From Macrostomum lignano (lineage: Eukaryota): a stretch of 47,832 bases of DNA. The notes under the pieces are model-generated. The model was not told the DNA's origin. It saw only the letters and a list, made by a program, of their open reading frames with translations, and made no database searches. Below are positions 27,445-39,555 of the stretch, one piece after another; within the stretch, counting starts at the first letter, position 1; the number at the start of each line of letters is the position of its first letter. A program made the position numbers and the translations under genes. The stretch lies in contig NIVC01004386.1 in the NCBI GenBank assembly GCA_002269645.1, forward strand, positions 1 through 47,832, in the 5' to 3' direction.

Positions 27445-28447
27445 TTAATACTTTTTTGGATGGCCCTTCAACCATAGAACCTCTGTGCAGCACTTTATCA
27501 TGGACTCCATTTGCCAAGAGCAAAGGTTAGGGCTGATGCTCTCTCACTCTTGCTGTACTGCTTGCCACAGGGTGTCCAGGAAGTATGGGTAGTACTTGGC
27601 AATGTGCACCTTTATGACTTGCCACAAATTTTCTATTGGTAAAAGGTTGGGTGACTGTGCAGGTCAATGTAGCACATAAATTCACCTCTCCTGCAACAGC
27701 TGCTTTATAATTTATGCTGTATGGCAAGAGGCATTGCCTTGCTAGAAGATAATATTAGCCAATAAATGCTACTGCACATATGGCAGCATCACTTGTAATA
27801 GCAGCTCATGATAATGCATACTATTGACAGCATTGTCGAAGCAGACAATTGGTCCAATGCCAGCAGTGCTCATGCAGCCCCAAATAATTATGGAGTCTCC
27901 ACCTCAGTTGCAGTTTGGTTCAGAGCAAAGGGCTGCAGGCACTCTCTTGTGTGCTAGCAAAGTTGCTGACATCTGTCGCAGCACAGGTGGTTCACTTTGC
28001 TCTTGTCAAAGAAGAGCACAAGATGCCACTGCTCCTCAGTGTCCTGCACGTGCTCATGGCCCATTGCTGATAAATGCAACAGTTGCGCTCAGATATAAGT
28101 GGCTTTTTCAATGTGTAGCAGCTGGCCAGCCCAGTCTCCAGCAGTCAGTTGCAGACTGTCTACACCAAGATTTGGGGCAAGGGAATCTCTACTGTGATCT
28201 CCTGGGCTGTTTTTTGCTTGTCTCTAATTGCCAACAGTTGGATTTAATAGTCTTCACATCTCGTCGTTGCGCGAGGATGACCAGAACAAGGCTGGCTGTT
28301 GGTGCTGCCAGTCTGTTGTAGTCGTTGAAGCGTCCTGCTGACGGTGGATGCTGAAATTCCCAAATCTCGGGCAATTTCATAGTGTCCATAACTTTCATCA
28401 TGCTGTTGGACAATAAGATCTTGTAGCTGCACACTGAGTTCTGCCAT
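27445..28447 (-). pseudogene. Full-length but decayed Tc1/mariner (DD34E-type) transposase
   Basis: ATG at 28447 starts an N-terminal HTH (IARDLGISASTVSRTLQR, SGHPRATT). Then EQWHLVLFFDKSK, IWGCMS, F*QGNASCH, AQSPNLLPIENLW and the terminal KGHPKKY*, with stops and frameshifts. Confidence 0.85.
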
Positions 28448-28519
28448 GACTTCTTCAAAGGCAAAATTTCAATGAAAATGCTGCGGGGCAAAACATGTTC
28501 AAAACATGGTGTCCGATTG

Positions 28520-30074
28520 ATCAAGCTTGGATAACTGGCTGATAGTGCTTACTGGTTGTGGCTCCAATTACAAGTTCAGCGTCCAATAGCTGGTTAGCTC
28601 GATCTTTGACTGAGGTGGCTAGGTCACGTAGTGATATGGTGTTCTCGACATCAGGATGGACAAAACACAACAGCAAGTCGCTGCAAAGTTCATTGAGACT
28701 GGCTGACAGTAGATGTATTTATGTTGATTCCCGCTGGAAAAGCTTTTGAATCTCACATCGAGGTAGTGTTTGTTCTAGAAACTGCTGGCGTGCTAGGTTT
28801 GCATTCATCAGAGCATTCTTTATTCGATCGGCAGTAGGCTTCAATTTGCCAGTCGAGGTTGCTGGATTACCAAAAAATGCTTTCTGTGACTCCCACTGTT
28901 CCAGCACATGCTGAACAACAGTCAGCACCTGCAGCCAACGAGTGTCTACTTGCCTAAGGAAAACTTGCTGAGCCAGTTTCATTGCTTCTTGGATCGATAG
29001 GTAAAGAATAAAAAATACAAAGAGACATAAATTTCACAATTCCACGAATTTCTGGATAGAACAATCTTTGCAAGGTTTAATTGGAAAGGGTATAAGGTAT
29101 TACTTTTTGTAAGTTATTGCGGCGACCAATGTAACAAAAAATCGTAAACATTGTCGAATAGAGCCTCAACCTCACAATCTTCATCGAAGGCACGGACAGC
29201 TTACTGGACACTATTATGTACATAATGCAGACTGCATCCGCCGACATCGACAAGATGAGGCATTTTGGCACGCAACTTCGTCACGAGACCACCATGCGAT
29301 CCTAAATATAGCAGGAAAGCAGCCACTTGTAACCTATAGTCTGCAACTCTGAATGTGAAATACAAATAAATTATGAAGATAATAAACTGCTTACCGCTAT
29401 GTATACTTGCCTCGCATGTCATTGCAAGAGTCGGTCATTACTGACATAATATTCTCGGTGGGCAAATTATTGACCTTTAAAACTCTCCTCAACAAAGCCT
29501 TCATGCCTTCAGCAGTTGCTTCCACCAGCTCCTCTGTGCCAATGTGCAACAGTAGGGCCAAGAATGACTAGCCACGACCGATCCCTTTGAGTCCCTTCAT
29601 CCAGCAGGATAGAAAATGGTGCTGCTCTAAGCTTCTGCATCATTTGACATTTTGCATAGGGGCTCAAAGCCTCACAGATCAGGTCGCTTGTCTTTGTTCT
29701 AGCGCAAGCATAGTTTTCAGCAATTTTACTGTCTGGGAAGGCGACAGGGATAACCTTTGCCAGCTCATCTGTGAATGAACTGAAACGAGACATCCTTCTT
29801 TGCAATCAATGAACAAAATCGGAGACAAGCGGCCATTTGTTTGTCAGCATCCGGGTCTCAATCAGATTCTTCATTACAGGAAAAAATATGTAATTATCTT
29901 TTGGCTTTGTTGCCCAAAATTGGACTGCTTGAGATGGTTCGTTGCTGATTTGTGCTTGGCACTGATTACATGCTGGGAAATAACCACTGACTTTTGGCAA
30001 CAGTAACCAAATGCTTCGTCTGGCTTCCTGCCTTGATGGTCATCAGCTTGCCGAGACAATTGGCTTATCTCCAA
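28520..30074 (-). pseudogene. Decayed hAT-superfamily transposase
   Basis: Fragments across frames: a zinc-finger-like piece (YCCQKS..KHKS), FPDSKIAENYACARTK..PFSILLDE, GCSLHYVHN and VDTRWL. Confidence 0.75.
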
Positions 30075-30404
30075 GCCATTGCGATCGTTCTCTTCAGCCA
30101 GGCTTCAGAAAACTTGGTTTTGCGCTGAGCCTGAGTTGATGACGATGAACTTGAAGGCAAAGAAAAGCTCATGAATTTGCTTTTGGCTAAAATTAGAAGC
30201 TTTTGAAAGCTTGAAGCATGCAATCTGAATTAAATACATGAGCGAGTACAAGTTAATCCTTTACATGTACGTTGTTGTTTCAACTACCGATTTTTTAAAA
30301 GTCAATAATGAGCATGAAAGACAAGAAAAAAGGTCCATAGCTTCATTTTTGAGCGCAGAAATGACCTCGTAGTAGCGCAGTTGAGCAGAAAAAAGTGGTC
30401 AAAC

Positions 30405-30524
30405 TGCACCCAGGTGAACTGAAGCAATCCAGAGTTAAGTGTCTTGCTTAAGGACACAAATTGTTCCAAGTGGGTCGAGAATCGAACCCCTAACCATTCA
30501 GTTGTGAGCCTGACGCTCTAACCC
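30405..30524 (-). mobile_element. tRNA-derived SINE fragment with CORE-like domain
   Basis: On the minus strand: A-box-like GGTTAGAGC, B-box GGTTCGATTC, then TGTGTCCTTAAGCAAGACACTTAAC, which resembles the CORE/MIR central motif. It cannot fold as a complete tRNA. Confidence 0.65.
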
Positions 30525-30740
30525 CTCTTTAATGATTCTAATGATTCTTTCAAGAAACAACTCACTCCAGTCACTAGACTGTTCCTATTCACTAGCCAGC
30601 ACAATCTTTTGATCAGTAGTGCAGTAACTCTTTTCCCAGTGATTTATATACGTACCAATTGTGTCAAAACAATATACTGAATCATAATCCTATACTTAAA
30701 TTTATATCCTATTTTCAGTTAAATTCCAACATTCAAAGAA

Positions 30741-32223
30741 ATGTCCAATCCAATTGTATATTTTGATATTGACATTGATGGCAAGCCAGCCGGCCGCATA
30801 ACATTTAAGCTCTATGCTGATATTGTGCCGAAAACTGCTGAGAATTTCCGCGCTCTCTGTACTGGGGAGAAGGGGATTGGTGAGTCAATGACCTACATTC
30901 CATATGAATGACCTATATGCCGAATAAATGATCCGTTTTTTCATATGAATGACCCATATGCCAGATGAATGACCCATATCTCAGGTGAATGATCCATATG
31001 ATAGATGAATGACCCTTATGACAGGTGAATGACACATGTCAGGTGAATGACCCATATCTCAGGTGAATGACCCATATCTCGGGTGAATGACCCATATCTC
31101 AGGTGAATGACCCATATGACAGGTGAATGACCCATATGACAGGTGAATGACCCATATGACAGGTGAATGACCCATATGACAGGTGAATGATCCATATGAT
31201 AGATGAATGACCCTTATGACAGGTGAATGACACATGTCAGGTGAATGACCCATATCTCAGGTGAATGACCCATATCTCAGGTGAACGACCCATATCTCAG
31301 GTGGATGACCCATATCTCAGCAGAACGACCCATATCTCAGGTGAATGACCCATATCTCAGGTGAACGACCCATATCTCAGGTGAATGACCCATTTCTCAG
31401 GTGAACGACCCATATCTCAGGTGAACGACCCATATCTCAGGTGAACGACCCATATCTCAGGTGGATGACCCATATCTCAGCAGAACGACCCATATCTCAG
31501 GTGAATGACCCATATCTCAGGTGAACGACCCATATCTCAGGTGAATGACCCATATCTCAGGTGAACGACCCATATCTCAGGTGAACGACCCATATCTCAG
31601 CAGAACGACCCATATCTCAGGTGAACGACCCATATCTCAGGTGAACGACCCATATCTCAGGTGGATGACCCATATGACAGGTGAATGACCCATATGACAG
31701 GTGAATGACCATATGACAGGTGAATGATTCATATGACAGGTGAACGACCCATATGACAGGTGAATGACCATTCGCAATTCTCAAATGGCAGGCTGACAGC
31801 TGCTCACACTTAGCAGAAAATCAATCGCATTGAATCCCTTCAGGTGAAATCAGCGGCAAGCCGCTGCACTACAAAGGCAGCAGCTTCCACCGGGTGATCC
31901 CGCAGTTCATGTGCCAGGGCGGCGACTTCACCCGGGGCAATGGCACCGGCGGCGAGTCCATCTACGGCGAGAAATTCCCCGACGAGAAATTCGCCATTAA
32001 TCACAGCAAGCCATTCCTGCTGTCTATGGCCAATGCCGGGCCGAACACGAACGGCAGCCAGTTCTTCATCACTACTGTCAGTACTAGATGGCTGGATGGC
32101 AAGCACGTGGTGTTTGGCGAAGTTGTCAGCGGTGAAGACGTGGTTAAACGCATGGAAAGTCTGGGGTCGGAGTCGGGTCGAACATCTGCCCCGATTGTTA
32201 TTGCTGACTGTGGACAGTTGTGA
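30741..32223 (+). CDS. Cyclophilin (peptidyl-prolyl isomerase), divergent-loop type, 172 aa, likely cytosolic
   Basis: Exon 1 30741-30879 ([26 protein letters not shown]), phase-1 intron 30880-31843, exon 2 31844-32223 ([41 protein letters not shown]). Confidence 0.97.
30886..31770. repeat. 20-bp minisatellite (CAGGTGAATGACCCATATCT), ~40 units, in cyclophilin-1 intron
   Basis: Directly visible, with more degenerate units at the 5' end. Confidence 0.97.
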
Positions 32224-32444
32224 CTGTTTTGTGCAGCTGTGTCTGTTTCAATTTGTGAATATTTGCTTGTATCGGTTGGGACTAGTAATAATAAAAATAA
32301 ATCGGAATTATTCAATTTTTTGCATTTCGCGGTTTTTGAAAAACCGGTGTCCCGTTTCCTGTTTGTTTTTTTATTTTTATCGTTAAACATTAAATGCAGA
32401 GATTCAAGAGTGTAGCTAGGGACCTTTTATATGGGGGCGTTAGC

Positions 32445-32812
32445 GAGGAGCGCCAGCACCAAGGGGCGCCAGCACCAAGGGGCACCAAGGGGCGCCAGCA
32501 CCAAGGGGCGCCAGCACCAAAGGGCGCCAGCACCAAGGGGCGCCAGCACCAAAGGGCGCCAGCACCAAATGGGGCGCCAGCACCAAAGCGCGCCAGCACC
32601 AAATGGGGCACCAGCACCAGGGGGCGCCAGCACCAAGGGGCGCCAGCACCAAATGGGGCGCCAGCACCAAATGGGGCGCCAGCACCAAGGGGCGCCAGCA
32701 CCAAGGGGCGTCAGCACCAAGGGACGCCAGCACCAAATGGGGCGCCAGCACCAAAGCGCGCCAGCACCAAGGGGTGCCAGCACCAAATGGGGCGCCAGCA
32801 CCAGGGGGCGCT
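32445..32812. repeat. 16-17-bp GC-rich minisatellite (GGGGCGCCAGCACCAA) between the cyclophilin genes
   Basis: Directly visible. It produces several spurious repetitive ORFs. Confidence 0.95.
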
Positions 32813-32954
32813 AGCAGATTTAAAGACAACTTTAGCAACCATTTTTGCCTATACTAGCATATCTGCCCAAGCAGAAAATATTTTAAGTATGATAAGATTT
32901 CTATAGTTTGTTGAAATGAATCAGAAATCGTTAAAAAAGTATTGTTAATTATTG

Positions 32955-35900
32955 ATGGCCCTACCGTTTCGTTTGCTAAGCACCGCGGCCAATAAGGCTG
33001 GGCGGCCGCAGGTGTTCTTTGATGTTGCCGCCGATGGCAAATCGCTTGGCCGGGTTATTTTTAGTCTCTATTACGACAAGGTGCCGAAAACGGCCGAGAA
33101 TTTTAGGGCACTGTGCGCTGGCGACAAGGGTGTTGGTAAGTGCTCGTGTATCATGGAATGGATTGGTTCTGGGTGGTGACTGAGGCATCAGGTTGTGACT
33201 GAGGCATCAGGTTGGTGACTGAGGCATAAAGTTGGTGACTGAGGCATCAGGTTGGTGACTGAGGCATCAGGTTGGTGACTGAGGCATCAGGTTGGTGACT
33301 AAAGCATCAGGTTGGTGACTGAGGCATCAGGTTGGTGACTAAAGCATCAGGTTGGTGACTGAAGCATCAGGTTGGTGACTGAGGCATAAAGTTGGTGACT
33401 GGGGCATAAATTTGGTGACTGAGGCATAAAGTTGGTGACTGAGGCATAAAGTTGGTGACTGAGGCATAAAGTTGGTGACTGAGGCATCAGGTTGGTGACT
33501 GAGGCATCAGGTTGGTGACTAAAGCATCAGGTTGGTGACTGAGGCATCAGGTTGGTGACTGATGCATCAGGTTGGTGACTGAGGCATAAAGTTGGTGACT
33601 GAGGCATAAAGTTGGTGACTGATGCATCAGGTTGGTGACTGAGGCATCAGGTTGGTGACTGAGGCATCAGGTTGGTGACTGAGGCATCAGGTTGGTGACT
33701 GAGGCATAAAGTTGGTGACTGAGGCATAAAGTTGGTGACTGAGGCATAAAGTTGGTGACTGAGGCATCAGGTTGGTGACTGAGGCATCAGGTTGGTGACT
33801 AAGGCATCAGGTTGGTGACTGAGGCATCAGGTTGGTGACTGAGGCATCAGGTTGGTGACTGATGCATCAGGTTGGTGACTGAGGCATAAAGTTGGTGACT
33901 GAGGCATCAGGTTGGTGACTGAGGCATCAGGTTGGTGACTGAGGCATAAAGTTGGTGACTGAGGCATAAAGTTGGTGACTGAGGCATAAAGTTGGTGACT
34001 GAGGCATAAAGTTGGTGACTGAGGCATCAGGTTGGTGACTGAGGCATCAGGTTGGTGACTAAGGCATCAGGTTGGTGACTGAGGCATCAGGTTGGTGACT
34101 GAGGCATCAGGTTGGTGACTGAGGCATCAGGTTGGTGACTAAGGCATCAGGTTGGTGACTGAGGCATCAGGTTGGTGACTGAGGCATCAGGTTGGTGACT
34201 GAGGCATCAGGTTGGTGACTGAGGCATAAAGTTGGTGACTGAGGCATAAAGTTGGTGACTGAGGCATAAAGTTGGTGACTGAGGCATCAGGTTGGTGACT
34301 GAGGCATCAGGTTGGTGACTAAAGCATCAGGTTGGTGACTGAGGCATCAGGTTGGTGACTGAGGCATCAGGTTGGTGACTGAGGCATCAGGTTGGTGACT
34401 GAAGCATCAGGTTGGTGACTGAGGCATAAAGTTGGTGACTGAGGCATAAAGTTGGTGACTGAGGCATCTGGGTGGTGACTGATGCATCAGGTTGGTGACT
34501 GAGGCATCAGGTTGGTGACTGAGGCATCAGGTTGGTGACTGAGGCATAAAGTTGGTGACTGAGGCATAAAGTTGGTGACTGGGGCATAAAGTTGGTGACT
34601 GAGGCATAAAGTTGGTGACTGAGGCATAAAGTTGGTGACTGAGGCATAAAGTTGGTGACTGAGGCATCAGGTTGGTGACTGAGGCATCAGGTTGGTGACT
34701 GAGGCATCAGGTTGGTGACTGAGGCATTAGGTTGTGACTGAGGCATCTGGGTGGTGACTGAGGCATCAGGTTGGTGACTGAGGCATCAGGTTGGTGACTG
34801 AGGCATCAGGTTGGTGACTGAGGCATCAGGTTGGTGACTGAGGCATCAGTTTGTGACTGAGGCATCAGGTTGTGACTGATGCATATGAGTTGTGACTGAG
34901 GCATCAGTTTGTGACTGAGGCATCAGGTTGTGACTGAGGCATCAGTTTGTGACTGAGGCATCAGGTTGTGACTGATGCATATGAGTTGTGACTGAGGCAT
35001 CAGGTTGGTGACTGAGGCATAAAGTTGGTGACTGAGGCATCAGGTTGGTGACTGAGGCATCAGGTTGGTGACTGAGGCATCAGGTTGGTGACTAAAGCAT
35101 CAGGTTGGTGACTGAGGCATCAGGTTGGTGACTAAAGCATCAGGTTGGTGACTGAAGCATCAGGTTGGTGACTGAGGCATAAAGTTGGTGACTGGGGCAT
35201 AAATTTGGTGACTGAGGCATAAAGTTGGTGACTGAGGCATAAAGTTGGTGACTGAGGCATAAAGTTGGTGACTGAGGCATCAGGTTGGTGACTGAGGCAT
35301 CAGGTTGGTGACTAAAGCATCAGGTTGGTGACTGAGGCATCAGGTTGGTGACTGAGGCATCAGGTTGGTGACTGAGGCATTAGGTTGTGACTGAGGCATC
35401 TGGGTGGTGACTGAGGCATCAGGTTGGTGACTGAGGCATCAGGTTGGTGACTGAGGCATCAGGTTGGTGACTGAGGCATCAGGTTGGTGACTGAGGCATC
35501 AGTTTGTGACTGAGGCATCAGGTTGTGACTGATGCATATGAGTTGTGACTGAGGCATCAGTTTGTGACTGAGGCATCAGGTTGTGACTGAGGCATCAGTT
35601 TGTGACTGAGGCATCAGGTTGTGACTGATGCATATGAGTTGTGACTGAGGCATCAGGTTGGTGACTGAGGCATAAAGTTGGTGACTGAGGCATCAGGTTG
35701 GTGACTGAGGCATCAGGTTGGTGACTGAGGCATCAGGTTGGTGACTAAAGCATCAGGTTGGTGACTGAGGCATCAGGTTGGTGACTAAAGCATCAGGTTG
35801 GTGACTGAAGCATCAGGTTGGTGACTGAGGCATAAAGTTGGTGACTGGGGCATAAATTTGGTGACTGAGGCATAAAGTTGGTGACTGAGGCATAAAGTTG

Positions 35901-37812
35901 GTGACTGAGGCATAAAGTTGGTGACTGAGGCATCAGGTTGGTGACTGAGGCATCAGGTTGGTGACTAAAGCATCAGGTTGGTGACTGAGGCATCAGGTTG
36001 GTGACTGATGCATCAGGTTGGTGACTGATGCATCAGGTTGTGACTGAGGCATTAGGTTGTGACTGAGGCATCTGGGTGGTGACTGAGGCATCAGGTTGGT
36101 GACTGAGGCATCAGGTTGGTGACTGAGGCATCAGGTTGGTGACTGAAGCATCAGGTTGGTGACTGAGGCATCAGTTTGTGACTGAGGCATCAGGTTGTGA
36201 CTGATGCATATGAGTTGTGACTGAGGCATCAGGTTGGTGACTGAGGCATAAAGTTGGTGACTGAGGCATCAGGTTGGTGACTGAGGCATCAGGTTGGTGA
36301 CTGAGGCATCAGGTTGGTGACTAAAGCATCAGGTTGGTGACTGAGGCATCAGGTTGGTGACTAAAGCATCAGGTTGGTGACTGAGGCATCAGGTTGGTGA
36401 CTAAAGCATCAGGTTGGTGACTGAGGCATCAGGTTGGTGACTAAAGCATCAGGTTGGTGACTGAAGCATCAGGTTGGTGACTGAGGCATAAAGTTGGTGA
36501 CTGGGGCATAAAGTTGGTGACTGAGGCATAAAGTTGGTGACTGAGGCATAAAGTTGGTGACTGAGGCATAAAGTTGGTGACTGAGGCATCAGGTTGGTGA
36601 CTGAGGCATCAGGTTGGTGACTAAAGCATCAGGTTGGTGACTGAGGCATCAGGTTGGTGACTGATGCATCAGGTTGGTGACTGATGCATCAGGTTGTGAC
36701 TGAGGCATTAGGTTGTGACTGAGGCATCTGGGTGGTGACTGAGGCATCAGGTTGGTGACTGAGGCATCAGGTTGGTGACTGAGGCATCAGGTTGGTGACT
36801 GAGGCATCAGGTTGTGACTGAGGCATCAGGTTGTGACTGATGCATATGAGTTGTGACTGAGGCATCAGTTTGTGACTGAGGCATCAGGTTGTGACTGAGG
36901 CATCAGTTTGTGACTGAGGCATCAGGTTGTGACTGATGCATATGAGTTGTGACTGAGGCATCAGGTTGGTGACTGAGGCATAAAGTTGGTGACTGAGGCA
37001 TCAGGTTGGTGACTGAGGCATCAGGTTGGTGACTGAGGCATCAGGTTGGTGACTAAAGCATCAGGTTGGTGACTGAGGCATCAGGTTGGTGACTAAAGCA
37101 TCAGGTTGGTGACTGAAGCATCAGGTTGGTGACTGAGGCATAAAGTTGGTGACTGGGGCATAAATTTGGTGACTGAGGCATAAAGTTGGTGACTGAGGCA
37201 TAAAGTTGAGGACTGAGGCATAAAGTTGGTGACTGAGGCATCAGGTTGGTGACTGAGGCATCAGGTTGGTGACTAAAGCATCAGGTTGGTGACTGAGGCA
37301 TCAGGTTGGTGACTGATGCATCAGGTTGTGACTGATGCATATGAGTTGTGACGGAGGCATCAGTTTGTGACTGAGGCATATGAGTTGTGACAGAAGTTTC
37401 TATTCTAAAAGAAGTTTCTCTTCAACCTTCAACAGGAAAGAGCGGCAAGCCGCTGCACTACAAAGGCAGCAGCTTCCACCGGGTGATCCCGCAGTTCATG
37501 TGCCAGGGCGGCGACTTCACCCGCGGCAACGGCACCGGCGGCGAGTCCATCTACGGCGAGAAATTCCCCGACGAGAATTTCTCCGTCCGTCACAGCAAGC
37601 CGTTCCTGCTGTCTATGGCCAATGCCGGGCCGAACACGAACGGCAGCCAGTTCTTCATCACTACAGAGAAGACTCCATGGCTGGACGGCAAGCACGTGGT
37701 GTTTGGCGAGGTTGCCACAGGCGAAGACGTGGTTAAGGCTATTGAGAAGCTCGGTTCTCAGTCTGGTCGACCGGCTAAGAAAGTCACGATTGAGGACTGC
37801 GGCGAAGTGTAA
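32955..37812 (+). CDS. Cyclophilin, divergent-loop type, 185 aa, with a short N-terminal extension (possibly mitochondrial, CypD-like)
   Basis: Exon 1 32955-33135 ([23 protein letters not shown]..), phase-1 intron 33136-37435 (GTAAGT..AACAG), exon 2 37436-37812 with all catalytic motifs. Mitochondrial targeting is inferred from the Arg/Leu/Ser-rich, acid-free leader. Confidence 0.93.
33170..37390. repeat. 20-bp minisatellite (CAGGTTGGTGACTGAGGCAT), ~4.2 kb, with higher-order blocks, in cyclophilin-2 intron
   Basis: Directly visible. Variants include AAAG for CAGG, TAAAG or TGATG for TGAGG, and 19-bp units. Confidence 0.98.
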
Positions 37813-38169
37813 AACAATGCCAGTTATCATTTTGCTGTTGCTTAAACACTGAGTTTAGACAAAATATACATCTGAGACAGCAAGCAATCTGTTTTTGGAA
37901 ATCATGTTTGTTAAAAAAATTAATCATGTTAATTTAATTCTGCTTTAAAAAGTTTTGTCTTTAGTATTTAAGGATAAAAGTGGACAGAGTTATAATTTAC
38001 AAGTTATAAGAGGGACAGTTTAACATTATTCGTTTATCACTACGTGGAGTCTGCAGAAAGGTTGTGATACTCTTGTCTATAGATTCTGAACACATGCCCG
38101 AAATTCAACTATTTTTGGGAAGTCATTGGGAAACGGAAAATTTCAGTTTTATTCGACTAGAAAGGGATT

Positions 38170-38719
38170 GTCTGTCTGCGGCGCTAAAATAAGTGCCTGC
38201 GGCGCCAAAATGAGTGCCTGAGGCGGCAAAATGAGTGGCTGAGGCGGCAAAATGAGTGCCTGTCTGCGGCGCCAAAATGAGTGCCTGCGGCGCCAAAATG
38301 AGTGCCTGCGGTGCCAAAATAAGTGCCTGTCTGCGGCGCCAAAATAAGTGCTTGCAGCGCCAAAATGAGTGCCTGCGGCGCCAAAATGAGTGCCTGCGGC
38401 GCCAAAATGAGTGCCTGCGGCGCCAAAATGAGTGCCTGAGGCGCCAAAATGAGTGCCTGCGGCGCCAAAAAAGGTGCCTGCAGCGCCAAAATGAGTGCCT
38501 GTCTGCGGCGCCAAAATAAGTGCTTGCAGCGCCAAAATGAGTGCCTGCGGCGCCAAAATGAGTGCCTGCGGCGCCAAAATGAGTGCCTGCGGCGCCAAAA
38601 TGAGTGTCTGCGGCGCCAAAATGAGTGCTATGTGCATGTAGGAATTTTAGAAATCATATACATGTAGGATTCTTAGCTTTATCCCCCCCCCCACTATAAA
38701 ATCTATGGCGACGCCCCTG
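38170..38719 (+). mobile_element. MITE-like fragment with 21-bp minisatellite (GCGGCGCCAAAATGAGTGCCT)
   Basis: Ends in TGGCGACGCCCCTG, the reverse complement of the start of the 12881 fragment, and carries the same repeat unit. Confidence 0.55.
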
Positions 38720-39555
38720 GGTTGTATATCAGAGAGGATTTCTATAGCAGAAATTTGTAAAAGACCTTGAGATGAAATTTTGCAGGTGTGCAAGCTACGA
38801 GCGTGTATTATGTAAATTATTAATTCATGTACACTACATGAAGCTACAATTGTACATGGAGTCTGTGTATACAGAAGTGGTTGCGGGCTTGTATCTATTG
38901 GCCCACACGACTTCAAATACACGGCTAAAACTCAGATTGCATCGATGGGGAAAAGAGAGAAAAAGCAGAAGAAAGAGCAGGTTGATGAGGTGGGGAGATT
39001 TGTACAATGAGCAGGTATAGCTGACTGCGCGGAGCGAGCGTACATTCTATAGGGAAGAATGTAGATTTGGGAGGAGATGACTGGAGAGGGATTATATAAT
39101 AGCCCAAAGCGAGAGAGCAGCCCAAAGGACAGACAGGGACACAATTGGCTGGAAAGCAAACTAATTGTACTTGCAACGCTGTAAAGTTAGCTGTAAAAAG
39201 GCTGCGTTGCATTAATGACTCATGCAGCGCTTCTACGAAAGAATCCACATCAACTAGCTAGCGTATTAAGTAACTAGAGCTCAAAGGCTATACCTTTGTG
39301 CCTGCAGTCGGATTCAGTTGTTCACATTGAACGCACATTGGCTAGTACAGGCTGAATAAATAGTACTCAGCAGAAGCAGAAACGACTGTATTGTCTTTCC
39401 TGCAGCTCTATTTATTTGCACAGAAGAAATAATTATAAAACTTAGAGGCAGAGAGAGACGACTCACTAAATATACACCCGAATAAGATAGATAGAACCGC
39501 GTGGACTCAAACAGACAGTAAGTCCTTGCGATAGCACAATAGAATAATACATGCA

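Larger units (their letters stand above)
21376..28122 (+). repeat. Direct tandem segmental duplication: 21376-24569 and 24929-28122 (3194 bp each)
   Basis: A constant 3553-bp offset holds across ORFs and flanks. The copies are near-identical, with one C/T difference noticed at ~24511 versus ~28064. Confidence 0.95.

Noticed and set aside
30405-30524. tRNA gene
   Set aside because: It has A and B boxes but no complete cloverleaf and continues into a SINE CORE-like sequence.
32390-32906. Overlapping GAP/RQHQ-repeat ORFs (also 38123-38667 and 33827-34027)
   Set aside because: They are frames of stop-free minisatellites with no non-repetitive coding context.
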